From the human T2T-CHM13v2.0 reference genome, Homo sapiens: 64,000 nt of DNA. Of this stretch, positions 14,585-27,432 are shown piece after piece. Position 1 is the first letter of the stretch. The number at the start of each line of letters is the position of its first letter. The notes under the pieces were generated by a model. That model made no database searches. It was not told where the DNA came from and worked only from the letters and a program-made list of their open reading frames with translations. Location of the stretch: NCBI RefSeq assembly GCF_009914755.1, contig NC_060942.1; one strand, written 5' to 3'. The translations under genes were made by a program, and so were the position numbers.

Positions 14585-15238
14585 TGTCTTAGCTCAGAAT
14601 TCTATAACAAATTACTACGGACTGGGTTGCTTAGAAACAGACATTTATTTCTCATGGTTCTTGAAGCTGGAAGCCTGAGATTAGGATGCCAGTATAGTTG
14701 GGTTCTGGTGGGAGCTTTCTTCCAGTTTGCAGAATGCTGGCTCCTCCCTGTATCCTCACACAGTAAAAAGAGCACTAGCTAGTCCTCTGGCCTCTTCTTT
14801 TTGAGATGGAATCTCACTCTGTTGCCCAGGTTGAAGTGCAGTGGTGCAATCTTAGCTCACTGCAAGCTCTGCCTCCTGGGTTCAAGTCATTCTTCTTCCT
14901 CAGCCTCCTGAGTAGCTAGGATTACAGGAGCTCACCACTACGCCCAACTAATTTTTGTATTTTTAGTAGAGACGGGATTTCCCCATGTTGGCCAGGTTGG
15001 CCTCGATCTCCTGACCTCAAGTGATCCACCTGCCTCAGCCTCCCAAAGTGCTGGGACTACAGGCGTGAGCTACTGGATCTGGCCAGGCCTCTTATAAGTG
15101 CACTAATCCCATTCATGAGGGTTCAGTTTTCATAAACGAATTACCTCCCAAATGCCCCATGTCCTAAAATCATCACTTAGGATTAAGGTTTTAACATATG
15201 AAATTGGTGGGGGGACAAAAACATTTTGTCCATTGCAG
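14585..15238 (-). mobile_element. MaLR LTR (MLT1A-like) interrupted by an Alu
   Basis: TGTCTTAGCTCAG...ATAACAAATTAC...ACATTTATTTCTCATGGTTCTTGAAGCTGGAAG; resumes after the Alu with CTTATAAG...CACTAATCCCATTCATGAGGG and ends TCCATTGCA. Confidence 0.8.
14795..15084 (-). mobile_element. Alu (AluSx-like)
   Basis: Reverse Alu dimer; TSD GGCCTCTT (14789-14796 / 15086-15093). Confidence 0.95.
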
Positions 15239-15533
15239 CCACTAAGTGGATGGCCATTTTTCTGTAGGAAAGCAGGTTGGTATGGTGTGAAAGCAGCGGG
15301 CAGAGAGGTAAGTGTTAGTTTATATTATTTTTGCCAAGGAATTTAGCTATGAAAGAAAGATAGATGGTGGGATGATCAATAAAGAGCACAGGAGACATAA
15401 TTAAGACTGATTATTTTTAAGATAAAAAGAAATTTAGCCAGCTTGAATTTCAGGGAAAATATGAAATAAAGAAGATGGAGAGGCAGGATGGAGAGGAAAA
15501 TTTGATGGAGCAAGTCTTGGAAAGGAATGACAT

Positions 15534-15886
15534 TGTATTAGTCTGTTCTCATGCTGCTAATAAAGACATACCTGAGACTGGGTAATTTATAAAGAAAAGA
15601 GTTTTAGTGAATTCATAATTCCACATGGCTGGGGAGACCTCACAGTCATGGTGGAAGGCAAAGGAGAAGCAAAGCCACGTCTTACATGACGGCAGGCAAA
15701 ACAGCACGTGCAGGGGAGCTGCCCTTCATAAAACCACCAGATCTTATGGGACTTATTTAGTATCATGAGAACAGCATAAGAAAAACCTGCCCCCGTGATT
15801 CAATTACCTCCCATTGGGTCCCTCCCACCACATGTGGGGATGATGGGAGCTATACTTCAAGATGAGATTTGGGTGGAGACACAGCC
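15534..15886 (-). mobile_element. THE1 MaLR solo LTR
   Basis: TGTATTAGTCTGTTCTCATGCTGCTAATAAAGACATACCTGAGACTGGG...GATGAGATTTGGGTGGAGACACAGCC. Confidence 0.9.
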
Positions 15887-15890
15887 ATAG

Positions 15891-17444
15891 TGAGAGGTGA
15901 CGGCGTGCTGGCAGCCCTCGCTCACTCTCGGTGCCTCCTCAGCCTCGGCGACCACTCTGGCCGCGCTTGAAGAGCCCTTCAGCCCACCGCTGCACTGTGG
16001 GAGCCCCTCTCTGGGCTGGCCGAGGCCAGAGCTGGCTTCCTCTGCTTGTGGGGAGGTGTGGAGGGAGGGGTGCGGGTGGGAACTGGGGCTGCACAGGCTT
16101 GTGGGCACTGTGGGCATGGGCTCAGCAGGCCCTGCACTTGGAGCTGCCAGCCGGAGCTGCCAGCCTGGGGCAGTGAGGGGCTTAGCACCTGGGCCAGCAG
16201 CTGTGGAGGGTGCGCTGGGTCCCCCAGCAGTGCTGGCACTGTGCTCAAATTCTCACCAGGCCTCAGCTGCCTCCCCGTGGGGCAGGGCTCAGGACCTGCA
16301 GCTCGCCATGCCCAAGCCTCCCCCACCCCCTCCCCTCCCCATGGGCTACCGCACGGCCTGAGCCTCCCCGACGAGTGCCGTGGAGCACACTCGGCGGCGC
16401 CTGGTCCCATAGACTGCCCAAGGGCTGAGGAGTGAGGGCGCACGGCACGGGACTGGCAGGCAGCTCTGCCTGCACCTGCAGCCCGGTGCAGGATCCACTA
16501 GGTGAAGCCAGCTGGGATCCTGAGTCTAGTGGGGACTTGGAGAAACTTTATGTCTAGCTAAGGGATTGTATATACACCAATCAGCACTCTGTGTCTACCT
16601 CAAGGTTTGTAAATGCACCAATCAGCCCTCTGTGTCTAGCTTAATGTTTGTGAATGCACCAATCAGCACTCTGTATCTGGCTAATAGGGTGGGGACTTGG
16701 AGAACCTTTACCTATAGCTAAGGGATTGTAAATACACCAATCAGCACTCTGTGTCTAGCTCAAGGTTTGTAAACACACCAATCAGCACTCTGTATCTGGC
16801 TAATCTGGTGGGGACTTGGACAACCTTTATGTCTAGCTAAAGGATTGTAAACACACCAATCAGCACCCTGTGTCTAGCTCAAGGTTTGTAAATGCACCAA
16901 TCTGCTCTGTGTCTAGCTAATCTAGTGGGGACTTAGAGAACTTTGGTGTCTAGCTCAGGGATTGTAAATGCACCAGTCAGCACCCTGTCAAAACGGACCA
17001 ATCAGCTCTCTGTAAAACAGACCAATCAGCTCTCTGCAAAACAGACCAATCAGCTCTCTGTAAAATGGGCCAATCAGCAGGATGTGGGTGGGGCCAGATA
17101 AGGAAGTAAAAGCAGGCTGCCCAAGGCAGCAGTGGCAACCGGGTCACATTTCACACTGTGGAAGGTTTGTTCTTTCACTGTTTGCTATAAATCTTGCTGC
17201 TGCTCACTCTTTGGGTCCACGCTGCCTTTATGAACTGTAACACTCACCTCAAAGGTCTGCAGCTTCACTCCTGAGGCCAGTGAGACCATGCACCCACCAG
17301 AAGGAAGAAGCTCGGAACACATCCAAACATGAGAAGGAACAAACTCAGGACACGCCGCCTTTAAGAACTGTAACACTCACCGTGAGGGTCCACAGCTTAA
17401 TTCTTGAAGTCAGTGAGACCAAGAACCCACCAATTCCGGACACA
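15891..17444 (+). mobile_element. LTR12 (ERV9) solo LTR
   Basis: Starts TGAGAGGTGACGGCGTGCTGGCAGCCCTCGC, ends AAGAACCCACCAATTCCGGACACA; 4-bp TSD ATAG (15887-15890 / 17445-17448); GC-rich 5' U3 and tandem CCAAT repeats. Confidence 0.97.
16577..17111 (+). promoter_or_regulatory. LTR12 U3 enhancer/promoter: tandem CCAAT (NF-Y) array, GC box, GATA site
   Basis: 11 CCAAT motifs in CACCAATCAGC-type repeats (16577, 16618, 16659, 16737, 16778, 16856, 16897, 16998, 17022, 17046, 17070), then GGGTGGGGCC and AGATAA. Confidence 0.75.
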
Positions 17445-17919
17445 ATAGGACGTAGGAGATTAAAGCATAAACCTAGGGCAAAACAAGAAGCAAGTCTGCC
17501 TGATAACATAGGGATTGAGCATTTAGGTTGGGTCTATGGTGTAGATAATTTTGTTTGGTTGGAGGCACATCGATTTAGAGGGAGTTGTGAAGGCCTGTAG
17601 GAGATATGAGGGTTTGAAATAGCCAATGTGGGGAGGGGAAAACAACCTGATCAAAGACCAGAAAAGGCTTGTGGAGAAGTTTTGAGGGTCTACCTGAAAT
17701 TGGAGATAACTAAATTGAGATGCCATCAATCTTTGCTATGGGAAGGTTTTTCTCCTAACCTTGCCTCAGGAAATCCATGAAAAAGTGACTAGGAAAACTG
17801 CTAGATAATCAGTGTTGGCAAGGTGTGTGTGGCAGGGCAGGGTGTAGAGGGAGCTGCAGCTATTGGCAAGAAAAGTGTTGACATGATAAGCCGTGAGATC
17901 TGGGCTGGGTATGGGAGTA

Positions 17920-18450
17920 TGCAGGGAGATTATTCGCCATGGTCTGGCATTTGCACGTGTCTTCTGAGCAAAGGATGTTTGCTCAAGGTTATTTGCATAT
18001 TGGACAACCTTGGGAAGTTGTAGACAATGTTTCCGTCCAGAGAGATTCAGATCTTTTTCTTCCTGGAATCATTCCAGCGTAATAATGTCTCCTTCCCATC
18101 ACTAGAGCATTCTAGATAATAAAGGTAATTGTTTCTCCCTGGAGGGGAGGACTAGCAGGTTGGCCAGTGACCCATAGATAAGATCCAGGTCTCCTTATTT
18201 TGGAGTCCTCAGCTGTGACACAGATCCATGTGTGTGCAGCACTGACCTCACCCCTGTGGTACTTGCAAAGCTAGTTAGGGGAACTCATGTGAACAAGAAA
18301 CCCAGGCCTTCTGTGCTGTGAGCAGTAAACTGTTGAAATTCATTTGGAATCATTACATCCTTTCTGCTTGAACTTATGAAAGTGTGGGCACCAACCTACC
18401 AGCTATAGCAGTTTGTTGCTACTGCTTAGGGACTGCTTGACTGCTTGACA
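17920..18450 (+). mobile_element. ERVL solo LTR, LTR40-like
   Basis: TGCAGGGAGATTATTCGCCATGGTCT...TGCACGTGTCTTCTGAGCA...CCTCAGCTGTGACACAGATCC...CTTGACA resembles the recalled LTR40 consensus. Confidence 0.7.
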
Positions 18451-18931
18451 CAGTGAAGTGAGGACAGAGGAGGCCAATTACAGAGTGGGTGTGAAATGAA
18501 AAGAAAGGAGACTTTGATGGATGTGAAGAGCAATGTGTGAGTGCAAGACAGGATATAATAAGTGCCTACAGCTTATTCCCCCCAAAAAGGTAACATGCCT
18601 TGGGAAGGGTTTGTGAAGGAGGTTCTATTTCAAGCCATTCTTTGATGATTGGAATGTTGTGGTGCTCAATGATTAAGAATGATGGGAGTTTCTTCAATGT
18701 GGGTGAATAAACAGCAGATGCAGAAGTTGAAAGCTAGAAGGTAAGAGACCAAGCTTGAGTGGAATAGCTCGGGGCACATGGAGAGGGCAGAGTTGCCCAG
18801 TTTAACAGTTATGAGGCCCGATGAAATGATGCTAGAAATGGCTTCAGTGAGGCCAGCATCCAAGTAGCAGACAAGCTTGACAGCAAAGTGCATGAATCAA
18901 AGGCTAAAATGATTAAACTTCAGAATATTAA

Positions 18932-19367
<436 letters not shown>

Positions 19368-20835
19368 TAGAAAGTTATAAGTATTTATTGTCAAGGCTGA
19401 TCTTTAAAGCAGAATGCTGCATTTGAATTGTACCCCTTTAAGAAAAATAAACCCCGGGGAAAAGTAAGAGCTACTTAGGAGTTGGGATCTTTGCAGTGAC
19501 AGAGACACAGCTAGAGGATGCAAGTTTACACAGAAGCCTTGAAGCCAAGGAACTTTGAGTGATTTAAATAATTGCTTTTGTAAGAGAAAAAAGTTTCCTG
19601 TCCTATTTTTTTTGCTTTAGTATCTGCTCTGTGTAATATTTTTTCCTTTCCTTTACTAATTTATTTATTTAGCAAGAATAATGTTGTTACTTTTAAATTT
19701 TGGTGTTTTATCTACTTTTCCTAATCAAAAACGTCAAGCAGATGGCTTGTGTGTTTTTATATTGCTTATATGAATGTCAAGTAAATATATTAGAAATGTT
19801 TTAATTTTAACTAGGATTCATGCTTTCCTGAGAGATGCTTTTAAAAATATTTTTGGGTTTATTATACTTTCTCTTGTATGACTTTTTTCTTCATTTTCTT
19901 CATCCTCTGGAAATGTCATTAGCAGAGCAAACTAAAAAGGCAAATAAAGATGTCTAGGGAAGCAGACTGCCCTCGCTTTTCCAACTCTGGATAAATTATA
20001 CAACAAGGTTACTCTCCCAATTAGATAATGTCTTGGGATATAACCAGTCACTTCTAAATACAAGCACATTTGAATTTTAAAATGTTAGTTTTCTAACAGG
20101 TAATGCTTTTAGAATTTCTGTCTGGGCTAAGTACAAAGTATAGCAGGCCAATCTCAGTGTAGAAAATGGTATTACATAATTCAGGCCAAGAGACTTTTGC
20201 AGTGGTAAGTACAAATTCACCAAACATGCATACGTACATGCACACATATACACAAATCTGTATGACTTGTTTTAAACATTTTTCTTTGACCATTTTATTG
20301 TTGAGTCATCGCTTGAATGTTTTTCCTTCGGTGTTCCTCTATTAGTTTTTGACTAGTAATAATTCTATTATTATTCACATTTTTGAAGGATGAGGGGAAT
20401 TAGAGGAAGACTATTAAGAGTTTGTGTCATTTTTAGGTTGGATGAAGACGTGGTATTTCTAGGACAGGAAATCTCTAAATATTTTAACATCTGATTTTTC
20501 TTGAAGGATATCCTTTTTCTGGGCATTCAATGAAATAAACAGGAGTTTTTGAAAATTCAGCAACTAACACCTAAATATAATAATAAATATATTTTAGTGT
20601 ATATATTTATGCATATTTAACTGAAACACACATTGTACACAAGGCTCTTAACTTTTCCATTCAAAAACTTTTCTCCATCTGCTTTTGTAACTCTAATCAA
20701 GATATTAAAATACTTTATATACTTTCAAAACCACTTTTATTTTAAAGTCATTTCTGGAAATATTTACATTTTTCAGCAATATAAATCATAGTCTTCATTT
20801 AGCCTGACACTGCTGGCTCAGGAATATGGAATACA

Positions 20836-21126
20836 GTATTAGTTTCTGTAAGACTGAATTGACTTCACTATGAAATAAGGCTTTCTCGGTATCAGTCCTG
20901 CAGAAATATATTGGTTACAGCTAAAATGTATGGCTATGCTTACGCTAAAACATACAGACATTATAAAAGTGTATATTGGTTTCGGTAACAATGTATTCTT
21001 TCCAATGGATTCATGTGGCTTTCAGCAAGAATGTATTGATTTCATTAAAATGTGCTCCTTGAGATAAACAAAAATTCAGTTAAAATGCATTGGTTTCTGT
21101 TAAAGTTCATTGACTGAAGTGAAGAA
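20836..21126. repeat. Highly degenerate ~20-bp tandem array, consensus ~GTATTGGTTTCAGTTAAAAT
   Basis: Units include GTATTAGTTTCTGTAAGACT (20836), ATATTGGTTACAGCTAAAAT (20908), ATATTGGTTTCGGTAACAAT (20973), GTATTGATTTCATTAAAAT (21033), GCATTGGTTTCTGTTAAAGT (21087). Confidence 0.65.
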
Positions 21127-21499
21127 CATTACACTATTATTGGGTAGCCTCAGGGTTTGGTAAGTATTGAATAGAGAAGTATACTAAGTAATAATAAAGG
21201 CTGGGGAAAACAAAGATATTATAAACTGTATAAAGATGTAAAAATATTCAACACGTATTATTAGACTGAGTTTTCCCAGAGGCACTAAGAGCTGCCTCAG
21301 ATACTTTTTACAAAGTCACTTCGACCTCAGTGTATTTGAATTCATAGGAAGTCCAAGTACCTTACTGTATAGAGGAACTCTTCCTCTGTTCAAATTATTC
21401 CTCAGGAGGGCATTGGATTCATGAGGGTGCACTTCAGATCACACGTCTGCAAATTCTACACGAAATATGTGTGCATTAACTCTTTGAAGCACCATACTC

Positions 21500-21543
21500 T
21501 GTGTGTGCGTGTGCGTGCGTGCACGCACGCGTGGGTGTGTGTG
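21500..21543. repeat. Alternating purine-pyrimidine (TG/CG/CA) microsatellite
   Basis: TGTGTGTGCGTGTGCGTGCGTGCACGCACGCGTGGGTGTGTGTG. Confidence 0.9.
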
Positions 21544-22974
21544 ATATGCACAGGACTTAAAATATTCACATATAGTGGGCCACACTCTGGGAAAACCCAG
21601 TTTATTTTGTTCAACCCACATACGCATGTTTATGCTTGTTGTAGAGAAAAGAAAGACCTAGAGAAGGTAGAGGAAGGATAAGTACGGTTACCCACATTTC
21701 CTCACATTTTGATTTCTAAGCAAACAAGATCAGAACTTAAGACTCCTTTGGGTGAAATTATATTTAAATACTGTTAATTACAATACCACCTAGCTTTTAT
21801 TCAAGCAGAAGGTAGATATGTGCATTTCACTTGGGGAAATATTTTTCTCATTATTATTGTTTTATATAATCTAAGCAATCCAAGATCAGAGTAGAAAACA
21901 TAAAAACATAAGCAAATATAAGTTATTTTTAATTACATCAAATCCTATTATTGATGAATAATCTCCCTGTTAATATATTTTGGCACTTCTTTTTAATAGA
22001 CATTTTAATGCTCCATAAATACCATTCTATCTTTATATATTTACACGATTAGAAATTATACTACATGAACTTTATTCTAAACTGTCTTTTTAGTGTATAC
22101 AGGAAACTGTGTAAAATGTAAGGTCACAGATAAATGACTTATAAAGCTGACACTCATGTATGTATCATGCAGATGAGGAAGTATAGAGTTGACAGTGTCC
22201 AGAACCCCCGTGCACCCTTTCCAATCCAAATTCCTCCCTTCCCTTCAAAGTTAACCATTATCTTGACTTCCATGCTAATCATTTCCTTGCTTGTCTTCAT
22301 ACGTTTTCTTCCTACCTTTACTAAGTATGCCTTCCCAAACACGATTGAAATTTGATTTAGTTTTGAAATGTATTTAAATGGAAACATAAAGCAAATATTA
22401 TTTTTGACTGGCTTCTTTTATCCAATATCATGTTTGTGAGATCAGTGTACATTGTTGCAAAATAGCTGTAATGTGTTAATTACGATGAAGCATTCCATTA
22501 AATGATATGCCAGTGTTTGTTTATCTACACGACTGATGGACATTTGGGCTGCTTTTGCTTTGGGCTCCTATGAACAAGGATGCTGTGAACCCATGTCCTG
22601 GGAACATGCATGCATTCATTTCTTTGTGGTATATCTTGGTGTGGAGTTGAAGGGTTGTGAGGTTTATGTATCTTAGTCAATAATGCCAATGAACTTTCTA
22701 AAGTAGTGGTACTAATTTACACTCTCAACATCAGTACGTTACTCATCAGTTCTGCTTGCTTACTCTAAATCCTTGGCAACACTTGGTATTTTCATTCTAA
22801 TTTTAGTTATGGGGAGGGTATAAAATAATATTTCCTATGATTTTAGTTAACATTTATCTGGTGATTAACACTGTTTAAGAGCCTTCCTTCCTGTCTTTCT
22901 TCTTTATTTTGGGTTGCCAGTCTTTTAATTGTTTTTTAATTGTTTTGAAGCAACCTTTTATATATTCTATACAC

Positions 22975-23171
22975 CAATAATGGGTAAACTCTGGACTATG
23001 GGCCAAATCTGATTTGCCATATTTTGGTGAATGCAGTATTATTAAAACTCAGCCACACTTACTTCCATGCTACAAGGGCAGAGTTTAGTAGCTGAGACAG
23101 AAGCTGTATGGCTTGCAAAGTCTGAATTATTTACTATCTGGCCTTTTACAGAAAAGGTTTTCTGACCTCTG
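22975..23171. mobile_element. MER58A-like hAT-Charlie MITE
   Basis: GGGCCAAATCTG...GCTACAAGGGCAGAGTTTAGTAGCTGAGACAGA...TATTTACTATCTGGCCTTTTACAGAAAAGGTT. Confidence 0.8.
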
Positions 23172-24103
23172 GCACCCACTAATCTTTTGCTGGTCATATA
23201 TTTAGCAAACATCTTTTATCTTTGTATGGCTTGCCTTTTCACGTTCTTGATGCTATTTATTTGATAAGCATGATTTCTTAATTTTAATGTGCTCATGATG
23301 ATTGCTCTGTGCATTTCAATTATAAATAAACTGCCCTTATCCTAAATTCATGAGAATATTCTCTGGCATTATTTTCTAAGAAAACATTTTGATTTGCTTT
23401 TCACATATATTTCCATAATCTAATTGGAGTTTTTATGAATAGTGTGATATAGGAGTTTAGCTTCATTATTTTTTCCTGATGCATACCAAAAATGTCCCAG
23501 AACTATTAATAAAGACCACTATTATCCCATGCGTGTGCAATGCCACCTATTAAAAAATTAAATGTTTATATATGCATCATATATTTTCACACTCTTATCT
23601 TCCTCCATGGGCATATTCTCTATCCTTATGCTAATATTGCAATATCTTCATTACTGTAGTTTTATTATAAGATGTCATAACCTAGATAAAATCTTGACAT
23701 CTTGTCCTTTTCAAAGGTGTCATGAATATTCTTGGCCCTTTGAATATTCATATAAATTGTATAATCCACTTGTCAAATTCACTCTCTAATTGGGATTGTG
23801 GTTAGAATTCCTTGACCCTATAGCTCAGTTTGTAGAGAACTGACGTATTACAATTGACATATTACATATTGAGTTTTTAATGCATAGGCTTGATAAATAT
23901 CTCTATTCAAATATTCTTTCATTTATCTTAGCAACATTTCATAGGTTCCTACATAAAGGCCTTGCATTTTTTTTAGGTTTATTCCTTTACATTTAGTATT
24001 TTTAATACTTTTGAAAGTGGTTCTAAAATTTCATTTTGTTTCTTGCTGGTATATACAACTACAATTCATTTCAATATTTTCTTTGAAAATCTTTATAGCT
24101 TTT

Positions 24104-24405
<302 letters not shown>

Positions 24406-24468
24406 TTAAAACTTTTGTTTTATATATAGCTATTGATGCAGTTTTATTTTGCCTTACTGGGTTACTTA

Positions 24469-24548
24469 CTAGGTTGATGCAAAAGTAATTGTGATTTTTG
24501 CCATAAAATAAAAAGGCAAAAACTGCAATTAGTTTTGTACCAACCGAA
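24469..24548. mobile_element. MADE1 (Hsmar1-derived mariner MITE)
   Basis: 80-bp imperfect palindrome CTAGGTTGATGCAAAAGTAATTG...GCAATTAGTTTTGTACCAACCGAA flanked by TA on both sides. Confidence 0.92.
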
Positions 24549-25084
24549 TAGAATCTCCAGTGCTTATTGAACCTGAGTGATGCATGTAGGTAAACATTTT
24601 GGTTTTTTTGCACCCAGTAACAGAGAAAAAGCTTTCAATATTTTTTAAGGATACTTTTTATCACGTTTAGGTACTTCCCTTCTATTGTTAGTGGAGATCA
24701 TTTTTTAAAACCATCAATAATATTGGATTTTATTATTTTTCCAAGATTGTATAGTTTTATAGCATGTAGGGTGTTTATGGTCTGTGCACACACACATAAA
24801 GGCTTTAATGAAAAATTTCATTTCTTTATTAATGAGAGGATTATTCATATTCACAATTTTGTGTGATGTTTTGATATTGTTTTTTGGAGGAATTTGTCAA
24901 TTTTATCTAACTGAACTTATTGGCATAGAATTCTTAATAAAATCATTGAATGTTTTAATCTCTTTAGTACCTATAGTAATGAAAAATTTATCAAAATAAT
25001 GAAAAATTTATTTATTGAGAGCAACTTTCTCCCAGTCTACATTCTGAAACAGAATCTCCAAGACAGTCTGGTAATATATTGTGT

Positions 25085-25243
25085 CAATGGGTTTTCGTCT
25101 TAGCTGCACACCGGAAATGGCCAATTCGAAGGCCCCATCCAAGACCGGTGTACTTAGAATGCTGTGGGTAAGTCTCAGGTGTAGATATTTTTAAAAGGCT
25201 CTTCAGGTGATTCTGATATCCAATCAAGGTTGAGAAGTATTGC
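25085..25243. mobile_element. MER5A-like hAT-Charlie MITE
   Basis: TTTTTAAAAGGCTCTTCAGGTGATTCTGATATCCAATCAAGGTTGAGAAGTATTG. Confidence 0.7.
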
Positions 25244-25857
25244 ACTGGCACTTCTGGAATACTGAATTCAGTTTCTACTTATCAAGACTGGGAGCAAAAT
25301 TATTTTACTTCCGTGAGCATATAACTTCATTTAAAAAGTAAAATGAGGGTTTAAGCATAACAACCCCAAAGGTTTTCATGGATAAGGAAAGACGGTAAAT
25401 ATGGTCTGGGGAGCAGCCAAGTATAAGAAAATAGGGCATTTTCTGGGATAAACCGGACGGCGTGTCCCACCAGAAGCATTTCAATCCTCTTCTTTTCATC
25501 TTCTAACATTGTAATGAGCAAACAAAACATCTCTGAGATGACTTTGGCTCTTGAATTCTGGATTAAATGAACATCTAGGTCCCTTCTAGCTTCTATATAC
25601 TCCATAAAATTATACCCATCACTCTAGGGAACTAGTGTGTGATTTAAGTCTTTCTTATGTACTTACAGAAGTAGTCAGAGTTTGCAAGACAAGCAGAATC
25701 TAGATAAAGTACCTGATAGATTTGCAAAGAACTTTAATTGTTTCCACATTTTTTTCATTTAATTCGGTGATATCTAAGAAATAGGATGGAAATTATAGAA
25801 ACTGTCAGGTACTTGGGTTCACATTATCTTTTTACTGGAAAATACATGTATGGGCTT

Positions 25858-26328
25858 TGCCAAAGAGAAATTGCACTGGATACTTGTGAAAAATGGCAAG
25901 GAAGACTTATTCGACTTATTCAGGACTATTGCAATGAAGGAGAGAGATGGAACTCAACTGCACTGAAACAAAAGGCAGGAGAGCTTGTAATCCCTGAGGT
26001 GAGCTAGTGAGAAAGTACTGCAGGATAGTAAGGCAGAGGCTGGTCAGTGTGATTAGGCCATCTGTGTTTGCTGATTGTCACTGATTGAAGTTAGGTTCTG
26101 AACTTTCCACAGAGACTGGGAGATAGGGGTACTATCTTTATGATCACATTTCAAAGGGATGGCTCCCACATCAGATTTATTTCTCAAACGGGCAGAGAAA
26201 GGACTTACAATGCATGTTTCCTAAAGCAAATGTTCTATGAAAAAAAAAGAGGTCAGGGACCTATAGTTAGGAACAAACCTGTCTAAAGTTTAGCCAAGCT
26301 GAAGGGAATGTTAAAGCCATGTAGGTCA
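25858..26328 (-). mobile_element. ERV1 solo LTR, MER67-like
   Basis: Reverse strand starts TGACCTACATGGCTTTAACATTCCCTTCAGCTTGGCTAAACTTTAGACAGGTTTGTTCCTAACTATAGGTCCCTGACCTC. Confidence 0.75.
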
Positions 26329-26954
26329 GCTTTTTAAAAGTAAGAAATAAGATAGAAATTGATTTTTCTCTTCTGGGGATCTGTAAGCAAAGCTCTATTA
26401 ACATTATTCTGCCTGTGTGGGGTGTGTGTGTGAGCATGTGTGCACACATATGTACATGTGCATGTGAGTTTGTTTAAGAAAACTGAAAGCTCAGTCCTGA
26501 AGGTTCACTGGGAAGGTGACATGAGGCCGAGTTGATTTCTGTGGACTTGGGGCCATAGTATTACAAGCCTGCTTCAGATAAACACATCAGTTTTTTCCTG
26601 TTTCATATCTAGAGTTCTTCTTTGAAAGGTTGTCTCTTTTTGTTTATACATTCTTTTACCCCAGAAAACTACTTCAGATATAGAGCCTTTTTTGGATGTT
26701 ATTAATGCAGTATATGGGTCAAAAGCAGATTTGTTTTATGTTAGCTCAATGGAGACCTTAAAAATTGATTTTTATGAAAATTGTCACAAAGGTCATGCCA
26801 TTTACTTTCTCCCAAAATGGCTTTCCTTTAATATGAAGGTTCTAAATGAAAGGCTTTGGTCTTGGAAAGCGTTGCAGATTAAATTTGCCTACATTAAATT
26901 CTAATATTTTCTGCTCAGTGTTGGTGGTCTGTCATTTCCATATTCTGTTTAAAG

Positions 26955-27105
26955 TTTTTCAGACATACAAAAATTGAAAATATTTATCACCAGCTGACCT
27001 ACAGTACAAGAAATGTGAAAGGAAGGCCTCCAAGCAGGAGGAAAGCAATACTAAATGGAATCTGGACTTACATGAAGACACTGGAAGGTAACCACATAGG
27101 TAACA
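26955..27105 (+). mobile_element. Old L1 fragment (end of ORF1 region)
   Basis: TTTTCAGACATACAAAAATTGAAAATATTTATCACCAGCTGACCTACAGTACAAGAAATG resembles the L1M ORF1 3' end. Confidence 0.6.
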
Positions 27106-27115
27106 ATATAGGACA

Positions 27116-27432
27116 TTTTTCTTTTTCTTTTCTTTTTTTTTTTTTTTTTGAGGTAGAGTCTCACTCCTTCATCCAGGCTGGAGTGCAGTGGTGCAATCTT
27201 GGCTCAATGCAACCTCCACCCCCGCTGGTTCAAGCAATTCTTGTGCCTCAGCCTCCCGAGTAGCTAGCATTGCAGGCATGTGCCACCATGCCTGGCTAAT
27301 TTTTTGTATTTTTAGTAGAGATGGGTTTCACCATGTTGGCCAGGCTGGTCTCGAACTCCTGTCCTCAAGTGATCTGTCTATCTAGGCCTCCCAAAGTGCT
27401 GGGATTACAGGTGTCAGCCACTGCATTCGGCC
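27116..27432 (-). mobile_element. Alu (AluSx/Sz-like)
   Basis: Reverse Alu dimer; TSD AGGACATTTTTCTT. Confidence 0.95.

Noticed and set aside
15857-16475. Cluster of 70-154 aa GC-rich ORFs on both strands
   Set aside because: Almost entirely within the GC-rich U3 of LTR12; open frames reflect low stop-codon frequency, with no protein homology
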